Below the pieces are notes generated by a model. The model worked only from the letters and a program-made list of their open reading frames with translations. It was not told the DNA's origin and did not search any database. Positions 9,310 through 20,298 of a DNA stretch of 64,000 nucleotides are shown one piece after another. Positions within the stretch are counted from its first letter, which is position 1. The number at the start of each line of letters is the position of its first letter. The stretch covers positions 96,001 to 160,000 of the forward strand of contig CAVXTP010000010.1 of the NCBI GenBank assembly GCA_963764715.1. Direction: 5' to 3'. The position numbers were made by a program, and so were the translations under genes. This DNA is from an uncultured Acidobacteriota bacterium. GTDB taxonomy: Bacteria > Acidobacteriota > Thermoanaerobaculia > UBA5066 > Gp7-AA6.

Positions 9310-11892
9310 GTGCCGGTAGAGGGTCGCGCCGCGTCCGGGCCCCGGCCTGTATGGTTCCTGGCCGTCGGCTTCGTCGGTCTCGCGATTGCGATCGCGTCGA
9401 TCGCCGACATGTTCTCGGCCCGGCCTTACGACGGGATCGTCCCGCTGCCCTACGGGCGGGAGGGGATCGAGGTCCGGATGGTCCTTCCGGGCAGCCCGGC
9501 CGAGAAGGCCGGGATCAAGGCCGGGGAGTGCGTCCAGGGCATCGGCAAGCGCATCGTCAACAGCAGCTCGGACGCCTCCGCGGAGCTCCGGCGCCACCGC
9601 ATCAGCGAGAAAGTCGACTACCTCGTCCGTAACGGACCGTGCCCGGGCGCGGAGGCTGCCGGGGCGGCGCCCGGCACGGAGCTGCGCACGGTCCGGCTGG
9701 AGCTCTCCTCGGAGCGGCTGGGCGGCCGGACATACCTCTACGCGGTCGTCGTCGGGTTCCTGTTCTTCCTGATCGGCCTCTTCGTTTACGTCCGGGTGCC
9801 CGAGGAGCGGTCGGCGCGGATCTTCTTCATGCTCTGCGTCCTCTTCTTGCTCTTCTTCGTCTGCCGGCTGCGTCCCGCCTCGTACTGGTGGATCGACGTC
9901 TTCGTGCAGAACACGGGCACGGTCAGCCTGTTTCTCCTGCCGGCCGTCTTCCTGCACTTCTTCCTGATCTTCCCGCGGCCGAAGCGGCTCCACTTCGCCC
10001 GGCCGGACGAGTGGACGGGCGAGCCGCCGCCGCGCTGGAAGACGGCCCTCCAGGATTTCCTCTCGACCAGCCCGACGCTGCTCTACCTGCTCTACGCGGT
10101 TCCGCCCTTCGTCTTCCTCTACGACGTCATGCGCCAGGTCCGGGGCGAGAAGGTCACGGTCCTCTCCGGGGCGCCGCTGTCCTCCTGGATCCTGCTCGGC
10201 GACTACCTCGTGCTCGGACTCGTGGCCCTGGCGCACTCGGCCTTCACGCTCGAGGACCCGCGCGAGCGCCGGCAGGCCTTCCACGTCTTCGTCGGGACGA
10301 TCCTCGGAACGGTCCCGTTCGTCCTCTTCTTCATCGTCCTGCCGTCGGCCTTCGGCATCGACGAGTACGCCTTCTACGGGATCATCCCGATGATCCTGAT
10401 CCCGGCGACCTTCGCGTACGCGATCGTCCGCTTCCAGATGCTCAACGTGCGCGTCATCGTGCGGCGCACGTTCCTCTACGCGGCGACGACGGCCGTGCTC
10501 CTCGGCCTCTATGCGCTCGTCGTCGCCCTGGCGAACCTCGTCTTCTCGTCGTCGCGCCTGTCGGCCTCGCCGCTCTTCAACTTCGGCTTCTTCCTCGTCG
10601 GCATCTCGCTCTTCGAGGTCATGCGCCGGCGCCTCCAGGCGCCGCTCGACAAGCTCTTCTTCCGCGAAAAGTTCGACTACCAGGCGGCGCTGCTCGAGAT
10701 GAGCGAGGCGATCACGGGAGAGCTCGACCTCGGGCGCATCGCGGACTACCTGACCTCGAGCGTCTCGGCGACGATGCGCCTCGACAAGGCCTCCATCTGG
10801 CTGCGGGACCGGGACGGCTGGCTCGAGCGGCGCGGCCGCCGCGAGGACCGGCTGTCGCCGTCGGCCGCCGTGCGGCGCGTCCTGCGGCAGGAGGGCAAGC
10901 CCTCGGACCTCGAGGAGATCTCGCTGCACTTCGCCGACGGGGAGAGCGAGGAGTTCCGGGAACGGCTGGCGGCGGAGGGCTTCCGCCTGCTCGTGCCGCT
11001 CGTCTACCGCGAGCGGCTGATGGGCATTCTCGCCCTCAAGGAGAAGCTCTCCGGGGAGCGCTTCGACCGGGACGACCTGTCGCTGCTGTCGACGCTCGCC
11101 AACCAGTCGGCGCTGGCGATCGAGACCGCGCTCCTGCACGACGAGATGACGCGGCAGGCGGAGCTGAAGCGCGACCTCGAGATCGCCCGCGACATCCAGG
11201 TCAGCCTCCTGCCGCGGCAGGTTCCCGAGATGCCCGGGTTCGCCTTCCTCGGCGGCTCGATCCCGGCGCGCGTCGTGGGCGGCGACTTCTACGACTTCAT
11301 CCCGTTCGAGGACCGCCGGGTCGGGATCGTCATCGGCGACGTCTCGGGCAAGTCGGTCCCCGCCTCGCTCCTGATGGTCGCGTCCAAGGAGATCGTCTAC
11401 TCGCGGGCGTTGACGACGTCCGACCCGGGCCAGCTCTTTCAGGAATCGAACCGCCGGATCTATGCCATCAAGCGCCGCATGTTCGTGTCGCTGGGGTTTT
11501 TTCTCCTCGATGCCGACGCCATGAGCCTGCGCTACGCGATCGGCGGCCAGCCGCTGCCGATCCTGCTCCGGCCGGGCAACTCGGGGCCCTGCCTGATCGA
11601 GCCGCCCGAGCACCGGCTGCCGCTCGGGGCGTTCCGCGAGGTCCCGTACGACACCCGCGAGCTCTTCCTGAAGAAGGGCGACCTGATCTTTTTCTACACG
11701 GACGGCTTCACGGAGGCCATGGACTCGGACATGAACCCCTACGGGGAGGAGCGACTCATGGCCTCGGTCGCCGCGCGGCAGCACGGGACTCTGGACGAGG
11801 TGGCCAAGGCCGTCCTGGCGGACCTGCGGGACTTCGTGGGCGGGGCCGAGCAATACGACGACATGACTTTCCTGTTTCTCCGTGTGGAATAG
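9310..11892 (+). CDS. Membrane sensor phosphatase: PDZ + multi-TM + GAF + PP2C/SpoIIE (RsbU-like)
   Basis: PDZ (VLPGSPAEKAGIKAGE), several hydrophobic helices, GAF (LVPLVYRERLMGILAL...FDRDDLSLL), PP2C motifs VGGDFYD, GDVSGK, YTDG, YDDMT. Confidence 0.9.
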   Translation: MPVEGRAASGPRPVWFLAVGFVGLAIAIASIADMFSARPYDGIVPLPYGREGIEVRMVLPGSPAEKAGIKAGECVQGIGKRIVNSSSDASAELRRHRISEKVDYLVRNGPCPGAEAAGAAPGTELRTVRLELSSERLGGRTYLYAVVVGFLFFLIGLFVYVRVPEERSARIFFMLCVLFLLFFVCRLRPASYWWIDVFVQNTGTVSLFLLPAVFLHFFLIFPRPKRLHFARPDEWTGEPPPRWKTALQDFLSTSPTLLYLLYAVPPFVFLYDVMRQVRGEKVTVLSGAPLSSWILLGDYLVLGLVALAHSAFTLEDPRERRQAFHVFVGTILGTVPFVLFFIVLPSAFGIDEYAFYGIIPMILIPATFAYAIVRFQMLNVRVIVRRTFLYAATTAVLLGLYALVVALANLVFSSSRLSASPLFNFGFFLVGISLFEVMRRRLQAPLDKLFFREKFDYQAALLEMSEAITGELDLGRIADYLTSSVSATMRLDKASIWLRDRDGWLERRGRREDRLSPSAAVRRVLRQEGKPSDLEEISLHFADGESEEFRERLAAEGFRLLVPLVYRERLMGILALKEKLSGERFDRDDLSLLSTLANQSALAIETALLHDEMTRQAELKRDLEIARDIQVSLLPRQVPEMPGFAFLGGSIPARVVGGDFYDFIPFEDRRVGIVIGDVSGKSVPASLLMVASKEIVYSRALTTSDPGQLFQESNRRIYAIKRRMFVSLGFFLLDADAMSLRYAIGGQPLPILLRPGNSGPCLIEPPEHRLPLGAFREVPYDTRELFLKKGDLIFFYTDGFTEAMDSDMNPYGEERLMASVAARQHGTLDEVAKAVLADLRDFVGGAEQYDDMTFLFLRVE

Positions 11893-11976
11893 GCCTTTTG
11901 GGACGTTTCTTGGGCGATTCTGGGGCAAAACCCGGACATCCCCCATACGTATGAAAGGGTTAGAAGGGGCTCGTCC

Positions 11977-13374
11977 ATGAAGAAGAAGCGCTGGCTCTGG
12001 GTGGGAACGGCGGGGGTGCTCCTGCTGGCGGCGGGGGTGTCGGCCGCCGTCTTCATGTCGCACCGCCGGGACGTGACGACGACCTCCGAGGCGGCCTACG
12101 AGGCCTACCGGGAGGGGGTGGCCAACGAGAACCGCTTCTACTTCAAGGAAGCGCGACTGGCGTACGCCCGGGCCCTCGAGCTCGATCCGACCTTTGCGAT
12201 GGCGATGCTCGGGCTCGCGCGGCAGTCCAAGGAGCCCAGCCAGGGCGCCGCCCTCATCAAGCGGGCCGCCCGGGAGAAGGGGCGGCTGACCGAGCGCGAG
12301 CGGCTCCACGTGGACATGGCCCTGGCAATGACGGAGAAGCGGCACGAGGACGCGCTCAAGATCGCGAACGAGATCCACCAGAAATATCCGGCCGACACGC
12401 GGTCGGCGCAGGTCCTCGCGAACAACGAGATGGTCAGGGGCAACTCGGACCGCGGGATCAAGATCTTCGAGGAACTGCTCTCGGTCGACCCGAACAACGC
12501 CGAGGCCTACAACCAGATCGGCTACCGCTACGGTTACCGGGGCGACTACGAGAAGGCCATGGAGAACCTGAAGCGATACCAGTTCATCGCTGCCGACAAC
12601 GCCAACCCCTTCGACTCGCTCGGCGAAGTTCAGGCCTACTCGGGCCACTACAACGAGGCGATCGAGAACCTCAACCGGGCGCTGGCGATCAAGCCGGACT
12701 TCGTGGAATCCGTCGCGCACCTCGGAGTGGCCTACGAGGGCCTGGGCGAGTACGCGAAGGCGATCGAGATGTACGAGAAAGCCGCGGCCATGTCGGAGGT
12801 TGAAGACATGCGCCGCGGATACCTGATCCGCGCGATGCGGTCGGCCTTCTATTCCGGCAACATGAAGGAGGCCGTGCGCCTGGCGACCGAGGCGAAGGCC
12901 GTGAAGGTGGACAGCAAGTACGCTGAGCTCGACGCGGCCTATATGGACGCCGTCGTCGCCCTCGCGGAGGGGCGGGCCGCCGAAACGCTCAAGATCGTCG
13001 AGAGCACCGTGCCCAAGCGCGAAGCGCTCCTCGCCAAGGAGAACCTTCCGCCCGGCTGGAAGCCGCACTTTCCGCACGTCAACACGCTCACGGGGCTGGC
13101 CCTGGAGGCCGAGGGCAAGACCGCCGAGGCGCTGGAGTACTGGAAGAAGAACGCGAATCCGCCGACGCCTTACGAGAACTTCGAGCAGCGTCGGTCGATC
13201 TACGAGGCCCGCGCCCGCGTGGCGGTCGCGCTCGCCCGCCAGGGCCAGCTCGACGACGCCGAGAAGCTGATCGCCGAGAACCGGAAGTGGAACGCGAACT
13301 GGGCGCCGACGCGCCAGGCGGAGACGGCGGTGGCGGAGGCGCGCCGCGAGAAGGTGCTCGCCGCCGCGAAGTGA
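11977..13374 (+). CDS. Membrane-anchored/secreted TPR-repeat protein
   Basis: N-terminal KKKR plus hydrophobic helix; TTTSEAAYEAYREG, ALELDPTFAMA, DPNNAEAYNQIG, ALAIKPDF TPR-like repeats. Confidence 0.85.
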   Translation: MKKKRWLWVGTAGVLLLAAGVSAAVFMSHRRDVTTTSEAAYEAYREGVANENRFYFKEARLAYARALELDPTFAMAMLGLARQSKEPSQGAALIKRAAREKGRLTERERLHVDMALAMTEKRHEDALKIANEIHQKYPADTRSAQVLANNEMVRGNSDRGIKIFEELLSVDPNNAEAYNQIGYRYGYRGDYEKAMENLKRYQFIAADNANPFDSLGEVQAYSGHYNEAIENLNRALAIKPDFVESVAHLGVAYEGLGEYAKAIEMYEKAAAMSEVEDMRRGYLIRAMRSAFYSGNMKEAVRLATEAKAVKVDSKYAELDAAYMDAVVALAEGRAAETLKIVESTVPKREALLAKENLPPGWKPHFPHVNTLTGLALEAEGKTAEALEYWKKNANPPTPYENFEQRRSIYEARARVAVALARQGQLDDAEKLIAENRKWNANWAPTRQAETAVAEARREKVLAAAK

Positions 13375-13388
13375 GCGGCCGCCCGGCC

Positions 13389-14888
<1,500 letters not shown>

Positions 14889-14900
<12 letters not shown>

Positions 14901-15007
14901 GTCACTGTATCGTAACTGTCCCACTTTCATACTTATATCCTTATTTTGAAGATAGTTACAATACGACTGTGCGGAGCCTGACTACGCCTATGTGTCATTG
15001 TGATACG
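14889..15007. promoter_or_regulatory. Candidate upstream activator sites (inverted repeats) in an AT-rich intergenic region
   Basis: GTGGGACA...TGTCCCAC (14889-14924); TGTATCGTAACTGTC (14906-14920) inverted to GATAGTTACAATACG (14951-14965, 12/15); imperfect palindrome TGTGTCATTGTGATACG (14991-15007). Confidence 0.5.
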
Positions 15008-15097
15008 ATGCGCGCATGGCGCCGATCGAAGACCGAGGCAACGACTAAGGCGTTTGTCTTCATGTGCTTGGGTCGAAATCCGCGCCGCGCGCGGGCG

Positions 15098-15113
15098 TGG
15101 CAGGACTCTTGCG
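15098..15113 (+). promoter_or_regulatory. sigma54 (-24/-12) promoter
   Basis: TGGCAGGACTCTTGCG closely matches TGGCACG-N4-TTGC with exact GG-N10-GC spacing, directly downstream of the activator gene. Confidence 0.75.
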
Positions 15114-15132
15114 CTCTCTTCCGGTCGCAGTG

Positions 15133-15291
15133 ATGAGAAAAGCTCTCGCGATCGGATTGGAAGCCCTGGAGGTGCCCAACCTCCTGTGGGGGCTCTTGGC
15201 GGGCGAGATCTCCCTCGTCCTTCTCGCCGCCGCGTCCGATAAACTTCCGGCCGTCTTGATCCGGTCACTGCAACTCTTCCTCCGGTTCTAG
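15133..15291 (+). CDS. Small hydrophobic protein (52 aa), unknown function
   Basis: MRKALAIGLEALEVPNLLWGLLAGEISLVLLAAASDKLPAVLIRSLQLFLRF*; fills the gap between the sigma54 promoter and the RsbW-like gene; very short leader. Confidence 0.5.
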   Translation: MRKALAIGLEALEVPNLLWGLLAGEISLVLLAAASDKLPAVLIRSLQLFLRF

Positions 15292-15308
15292 GAGCCTCGA
15301 GCCGTCCC

Positions 15309-15773
15309 ATGTCGCACGGGGGAACTGCTCCGCCCGGGCTCGCGAGCGCCGGCTCCCGCGAGGTCTCGATGACCATCCCGGTGGCCCCGGAGATGGAGAT
15401 CGTGGCGACCGCCCAGGCCGCGGCGCTCGGCGAGTACATCGCGATGTCCCGGGATAAGATCGACGAGGTCCGACTCGCGCTCGTCGAGGCGTGCATCAAC
15501 GCGTTCGAGCACGCCGATTGCCGCGACGAGCAGCTCCACCTGACGTTCCGGCTGGGCCAGGAACCGAAGGGCAAGGAGTGGCTGGAAGTGGAGGTCATGG
15601 ACAAGGGCCGGGGGTTCGACCAGGCCCGGGTCGAGGAGCCGAGCATGGAGAAGACCTTTTCGAACCACCGCAAGCGGGGCTGGGGCCTCCAGATCATCAA
15701 GAGCCTGATGGACGACGTCGACATCACCTCCGGCGAATGGGGAACGCGGATCCGAATGAGGAAGTACAAGTGA
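15309..15773 (+). CDS. Anti-sigma factor / Ser kinase, RsbW/SpoIIAB-like (HATPase_c_2)
   Basis: EVRLALVEACINAFEH (N box), VMDKGRGFD (G1), RGWGLQIIKSLMDDV (G2), GTRIRM. Confidence 0.9.
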   Translation: MSHGGTAPPGLASAGSREVSMTIPVAPEMEIVATAQAAALGEYIAMSRDKIDEVRLALVEACINAFEHADCRDEQLHLTFRLGQEPKGKEWLEVEVMDKGRGFDQARVEEPSMEKTFSNHRKRGWGLQIIKSLMDDVDITSGEWGTRIRMRKYK

Positions 15774-16126
15774 GCGAGACGTGCAAGGTGTCCTCGGAGC
15801 GGCGGGGCGACGTGGCGATCCTCTGGACCGACGGCTACATCAACAACCAGGGGGGCGAGGAGATCGCGCGCGAGGCATACACCCACCTCGACCAGGGCGT
15901 GCGCGCCCTCGTTCTCAACCTCGAGAAGACCCGGATCGTCAACTCGATCGGCATCTCGATCCTGATCGAGGTCCTCGAGAAGGTGATGGACAAGAAGGGC
16001 GCGCTCGCCTTCTGCGGGCTGACGCCCACGATCGACAAGACGTTCCGGATCATGGGGCTCGCCCAGTACGCCGAGATCTACCCGACCCAGGAAGACGCCG
16101 TGCGGAGCGTCAGCCAGCCGGCCTGA
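15770..16126 (+). CDS. STAS-domain anti-anti-sigma factor, RsbV/SpoIIAA-like
   Basis: GTGA overlap; LVLNLEKTRIVNSIGISILI (phospho-Ser motif), FRIMGL, IYPTQEDAV. Confidence 0.9.
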   Translation: MSETCKVSSERRGDVAILWTDGYINNQGGEEIAREAYTHLDQGVRALVLNLEKTRIVNSIGISILIEVLEKVMDKKGALAFCGLTPTIDKTFRIMGLAQYAEIYPTQEDAVRSVSQPA

Positions 16127-16139
16127 GGAAGCCGCCGCC

Positions 16140-17769
16140 ATGACCGCCCCGGTTCCCACGACCCCGGCCGAGCGCCTCGAGGAGCTCTGGAAGCGGATCG
16201 GGGGAGTGCTCGAGGGCGATTCCCCGATTCACTCGCGCATCGCCGAGGCGGCGGTGCTCGCGACCGGCGCCCGCGACGCGACGCTCTACCTGCGCGACCG
16301 GGACGCCTGGGTCCGCACCGGCGAGCGCCTGGCCGGGGGCGTCGAGCCGGGCGAGATCCCGGAGCCGCTGCCGGCGGGCGTCTTCACGCGGGAGGGGCAT
16401 CTCTGGCTTCCGCTCGCGGCGGAGGGGGAGATCCACGGCCTCCTGCGCCTGGCGGAGCGCTCCGGGCGGCGAGACTCCCGAGCACGCGGCGCTCCTCGCG
16501 TTCCTGTTCGGCTCGCTCGTGGGCTCCCACCGCCTGGCGCGCCAGGTTCGGGAAGCGGAGTTCGAGCTCAAGGCGCGGCTGCTGGAGCTCGAGTCGCTCT
16601 ACGACCTCGGGCTCTCGCTCGGCGGGCAGCTCGACCTCTCGGCGCTCGCCGACGAGGTGCTCTTCCGGTCGATCTCGCTGACCGACGCGGGCAAAGGCGG
16701 GCTCGTCCTGTTCGAAGACGCCGACCACATTCTCCTCGAGCGCAACGTCGGCGGCGAGATCCTCGTCTCGCCGAAGTGCGTCACCTGGACGCTGCCCGAG
16801 GGCGGCCTGATCAACAACGAGTCGACGACCGACGCGATGCGCGACGGCAGCTGCAGCAAGTTCCTGGCGGTCCCGATCTCGGTGCCCGGGCGCCGGCTCG
16901 GCGTCCTCGCCGTCGCCGACAAGGAGTCCCGCGACGGCCGCGTCCTCGATTTCACGCCGACCGACGCGCGGCTGCTGTCTCTCTTCGCCAACCAGGCGGC
17001 CGCGGCGATCGAGACCGCGCGGCTGCACAAGGAGGCGATCGAGAAGGAGCGCATCGAGCGCGAGCTCGAGGTCGCCGCGGCGATCCAGCGCCAGATCCTC
17101 CCGCGCGACCTGCCCCGGGTCGAGGGCGTCGAGCTGGCGGCCCGCAACCGGCCGACCCGGCAGGTCGGCGGCGACTATTTCGACTGGTTTCCCCTCTCCG
17201 GCGGCCGCCTCGCGTTTCTCGTGGCCGACGTCTCGGGCAAGGGCGTCCCGGCGGCGCTGCTGGTGTCGACCGTCCACGCCGCGGTGCACCTCCAGATCGA
17301 CGACGCGAAGACGGTCGCAGAGCTCATCGGGCGGATCGACCGCCACCTCCAGCGTTACGCCGCGACGCGCAAGTTCCTGACGGTCTTCTTCGGCCTCGTC
17401 GAACCGGAGACGGGCGTGCTGCGCTACGTCTCCGCCGGGCACAATCCGGCCCTCCTGCGGCGGGCCGACGGACCGATCGAGCAGCTCAAGTCGACGGGCG
17501 TGCCGCTCGGGATGTTCCCCCACGCGTCCTGGAAGGAGGAGAGCGTGGTCATGGGGAAGGGCGACCTGCTGTGCGTCTACACGGACGGCGTCTCGGAGGC
17601 CCTCGACGCCTCCGACGAGGAATTCGGCCTCGACCGACTGACCGCGCTCGTCGCCGAGGGGACCGGGCCCGAGGAGCTGACCGGCAAGGTCTTCGACGCG
17701 GTCGAGGCGTTCGCCGCGGACGTGCCGCAGTACGACGACCAGACGCTCCTGATCGTCCGGCGAACCTGA
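16140..17769 (+). CDS. Cytoplasmic GAF + PP2C/SpoIIE phosphatase (frameshift near 16460-16490)
   Basis: N-terminal GAF-like part in ORF 16140; GAF, ELEVAAAIQRQILP, VGGDYFD, ADVSGKG, YTDG, YDDQT in ORF 16519-17769. Confidence 0.88.
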
Positions 17770-17800
17770 CCGCCCGGCGGGCCTCGGTTAAGATTCCGGG

Positions 17801-19474
17801 GTGATTCCGCTTCTCGCCGCCTTCCTGCTCCTCGCGTCGAACCCGCCGGCCGCCGTCGCTCCCGCGCCGCTCCTCCTCGAGAACGGCGTCGTCTACGTGT
17901 CCGCGGAGGCGAAGCCCTCGCGGGCCTCGATCCTTCTCGAAGGAGGGAAGGTCGCCTTCGTCGGGGACCCGGCGCGCGCGAGAGAGCTCGCCCGAGGGGC
18001 CCGGGTCGTCGACCTCGCGGGACGCTTCGTCTTCCCCGGTTGGGCGGACGCGCACCTGCACCTGCTGGGCGTGGGGAAGGCCCGCTCGATCGCGGACCTG
18101 CGCGCGCAGCCCGACGCCTCGGCGGCGGCGAGCCGGATGGCCGAGATGGCGAAGAGCCTTCCGCCGGGCACGTGGGCCGAGGGCCGGGGCTGGGACCAGA
18201 ACCTGTGGCCGGGCCGCGAGTTTCCGGACGCGCGGGTCCTCGACCGCGCGGTCCCGGAACGCCCGGCCGTCGCGGGCCGCGTGGACGGGCACGCCTTCTG
18301 GGTCAACACGGCGGCTCTGCGCGCGGCCGGAATCGACGCGTCGACGAAGGACCCCGAGGGAGGCCGCATCCTGCGGCGGAGCGACGGAACGCCGTCCGGG
18401 GTGCTCGTCGACAACGCCATGGATCTCGTGGCCCGCGCCATGCCGACTCCCACGCCGGCGGACCTCGACCGGTGGCTCTCCGCGGGAGCGGAGGCGTGCG
18501 CGCGCGTCGGCCTGACCGAGATCCAGGACGCCTCGGGCTACGACGCCGCGGCGATCGCGTCGCTCGAGCGCCTGGCGTCCTCGGGCCGGCTTCCGATCCG
18601 CGTCTATGCGACCGTCTCGCCCGAGCCCGACGCGCTCCCGAAGTTCCTCGCCCGGGGGACGCATCTGGGAGGCGGAGCGGACTTCCTGACGGTCCGCGCG
18701 GTCAAGGCGTACGCCGACGGCGCGCTCGGGAGCCGGGGCGCGGCGCTCCTGACGGACTACACCGACGAGGCCGGCAGGACGGGGCTCCTCGTGACCTCGC
18801 CCGAGCGGCTGGCCGAGATCGCGGGCGAGACACGAAAGGCGGGCTGGCAGCTCTGGATCCACGCGATCGGAGACCGCGGCAACCGGATCGCGCTCGACGC
18901 CTTCGCATCGGCCGCCGGCGCGCTGCCGCAGGCGCCGGCCGGCGCCTCGCGTCCCCGGATCGAGCACGCCCAGGTGATCGCCCCCGAGGACTTCCCGCGC
19001 TTCGCGCGGCTTTCGGTCATCGCCTCGGTGCAGCCGACCCACGCGACCTCGGACATGCCGTGGGCGGAGGCCCGGCTCGGGCCGACGCGGGTGGCGGGGG
19101 CGTACGCGTGGCGCCGGTTGAAGGATGCCGGGGCAAAACTCGCGGGCGGGAGCGACGCGCCGGTGGAATCCGAGAACCCGCTCCTCGGGTTCTACTCTGC
19201 CGTGACGAGGCAGAGTCTCGACGGCCAGCCCCCGGGAGGGTGGCGGCCGTCGGAGAAGCTGACCCGGCCCGAGGCCCTCGCCCTGTTCACGTCGGACGCC
19301 GCCTTCGCGGCGTTCGAGGAGTCGTGGAGGGGCCGGATCGAGCCCGGGTACGCCGCCGACCTCACGGTTCTGTCGCGCGACCCGCTCGCCGTGCCCGTGG
19401 CGGAGATCCCGGGCATCGCCGCCTTCCTGACGGTCGTCGGCGGGCGCATCGCCTGGGGGCCGGCGGCGCCGTGA
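17801..19474 (+). CDS. Secreted amidohydrolase, YtcJ-like (Amidohydro_3)
   Basis: Signal peptide; PGWADAHLH, KAYADGALGSRGA, IHAIGDRG, RIEHAQ, QPTHATSD, GGSDAPVE. Confidence 0.92.
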   Translation: MIPLLAAFLLLASNPPAAVAPAPLLLENGVVYVSAEAKPSRASILLEGGKVAFVGDPARARELARGARVVDLAGRFVFPGWADAHLHLLGVGKARSIADLRAQPDASAAASRMAEMAKSLPPGTWAEGRGWDQNLWPGREFPDARVLDRAVPERPAVAGRVDGHAFWVNTAALRAAGIDASTKDPEGGRILRRSDGTPSGVLVDNAMDLVARAMPTPTPADLDRWLSAGAEACARVGLTEIQDASGYDAAAIASLERLASSGRLPIRVYATVSPEPDALPKFLARGTHLGGGADFLTVRAVKAYADGALGSRGAALLTDYTDEAGRTGLLVTSPERLAEIAGETRKAGWQLWIHAIGDRGNRIALDAFASAAGALPQAPAGASRPRIEHAQVIAPEDFPRFARLSVIASVQPTHATSDMPWAEARLGPTRVAGAYAWRRLKDAGAKLAGGSDAPVESENPLLGFYSAVTRQSLDGQPPGGWRPSEKLTRPEALALFTSDAAFAAFEESWRGRIEPGYAADLTVLSRDPLAVPVAEIPGIAAFLTVVGGRIAWGPAAP

Positions 19475-20226
19475 ACGCAGCGCGGGCGGGGGCGGGAGTT
19501 CTCCTTCTCGTCGCGGGGCTCGGCTGCGATTCGCCGGGGAAGGGGGCCGCGAAGGTGCAGGTCACGCCGACCGACGGAGACGCCGCGCGGCGCGCGCGCA
19601 TGGTCGAGACGCAGATCGTCTCCCGCGGCGTGCGCGACCCCCGCGTTCTCGACGCGATGCGCAAGGTCCCGCGCCACCTCTTCGTCGAACCCGGGGAGCG
19701 CGCTCACGCGTACGAGGACCACCCGCTGCCGATCGGCGGCAGCCAGACGATCTCCCAGCCGTACATCGTCGCGCTCATGACGGAGCTCCTGGGCCTGCCG
19801 CCGCGGGCTCGGGTGCTCGAGATCGGGACCGGGTCCGGCTACCAGAGCGCGGTCCTGTCGCAGATCGCGGCCGAGGTGTACTCGATCGAGATCCTGCCGG
19901 ACCTCGCGCAGGCCGCCTCGACCAAGCTGAAGGAGCTCGGTTTCCTCAACGTTACCGTGCGCGCAGGGGATGGCTACCGCGGGTGGCCCGAGCACGCGCC
20001 CTACGACGGAATCATCGTGACCGCGGCCCCCGAAAAGATCCCCGAGCCCCTCGTCGATCAGCTCGCCGTGGGCGGACGGATGGTCATCCCCGTGGGCGGG
20101 TTCTTCCAGGAGCTCAAGGTCTTCACCCGCGAGAGGGACGGCCGCGTCAGCGAAAAGGACATCATCCCGGTGCGGTTCGTCCCGATGACGGGAGAGATCG
20201 AGAAAGACAAGGCCACGGAGCCGTAG
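19471..20226 (+). CDS. pcm: Protein-L-isoaspartate O-methyltransferase
   Basis: MRKVPRHLFV, QTISQPYIVALM, VLEIGTGSGYQ, GDGYRGWPEHAPYDGIIVTAA, VRFVPM. Confidence 0.95.
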   Translation: MNAARAGAGVLLLVAGLGCDSPGKGAAKVQVTPTDGDAARRARMVETQIVSRGVRDPRVLDAMRKVPRHLFVEPGERAHAYEDHPLPIGGSQTISQPYIVALMTELLGLPPRARVLEIGTGSGYQSAVLSQIAAEVYSIEILPDLAQAASTKLKELGFLNVTVRAGDGYRGWPEHAPYDGIIVTAAPEKIPEPLVDQLAVGGRMVIPVGGFFQELKVFTRERDGRVSEKDIIPVRFVPMTGEIEKDKATEP

Positions 20227-20285
20227 GGGCGGGGCTTGCCCCCGCCCTTCGACACGGAACGGGCGGCCACAAGGGCCGCCCCTAC
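20223..20285. repeat. GTAG-type REP-like element (copy 2)
   Basis: GTAGGGGCGGGGCTTGCCCCCGCCC...GGGCGGCCACAAGGGCCGCCCCTAC between convergent genes. Confidence 0.78.
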
Positions 20286-20298
20286 GAACGAGCCGGTC

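Noticed and set aside
9013-13077. 1354-aa minus-strand ORF and other long antisense ORFs (e.g. 27334-30018, 40616-43168, 43030-45798)
   Set aside because: Shadow ORFs opposite well-supported genes, expected in very high GC DNA; no motifs.
16440-16520. Programmed frameshift in the second phosphatase (also patatin near 36690)
   Set aside because: No slippery heptamer is evident, and similar indels are scattered through the window.
18040-20226. 728-aa ORF as an extended Pcm
   Set aside because: The N-terminal part is an alternative frame of the amidohydrolase gene.
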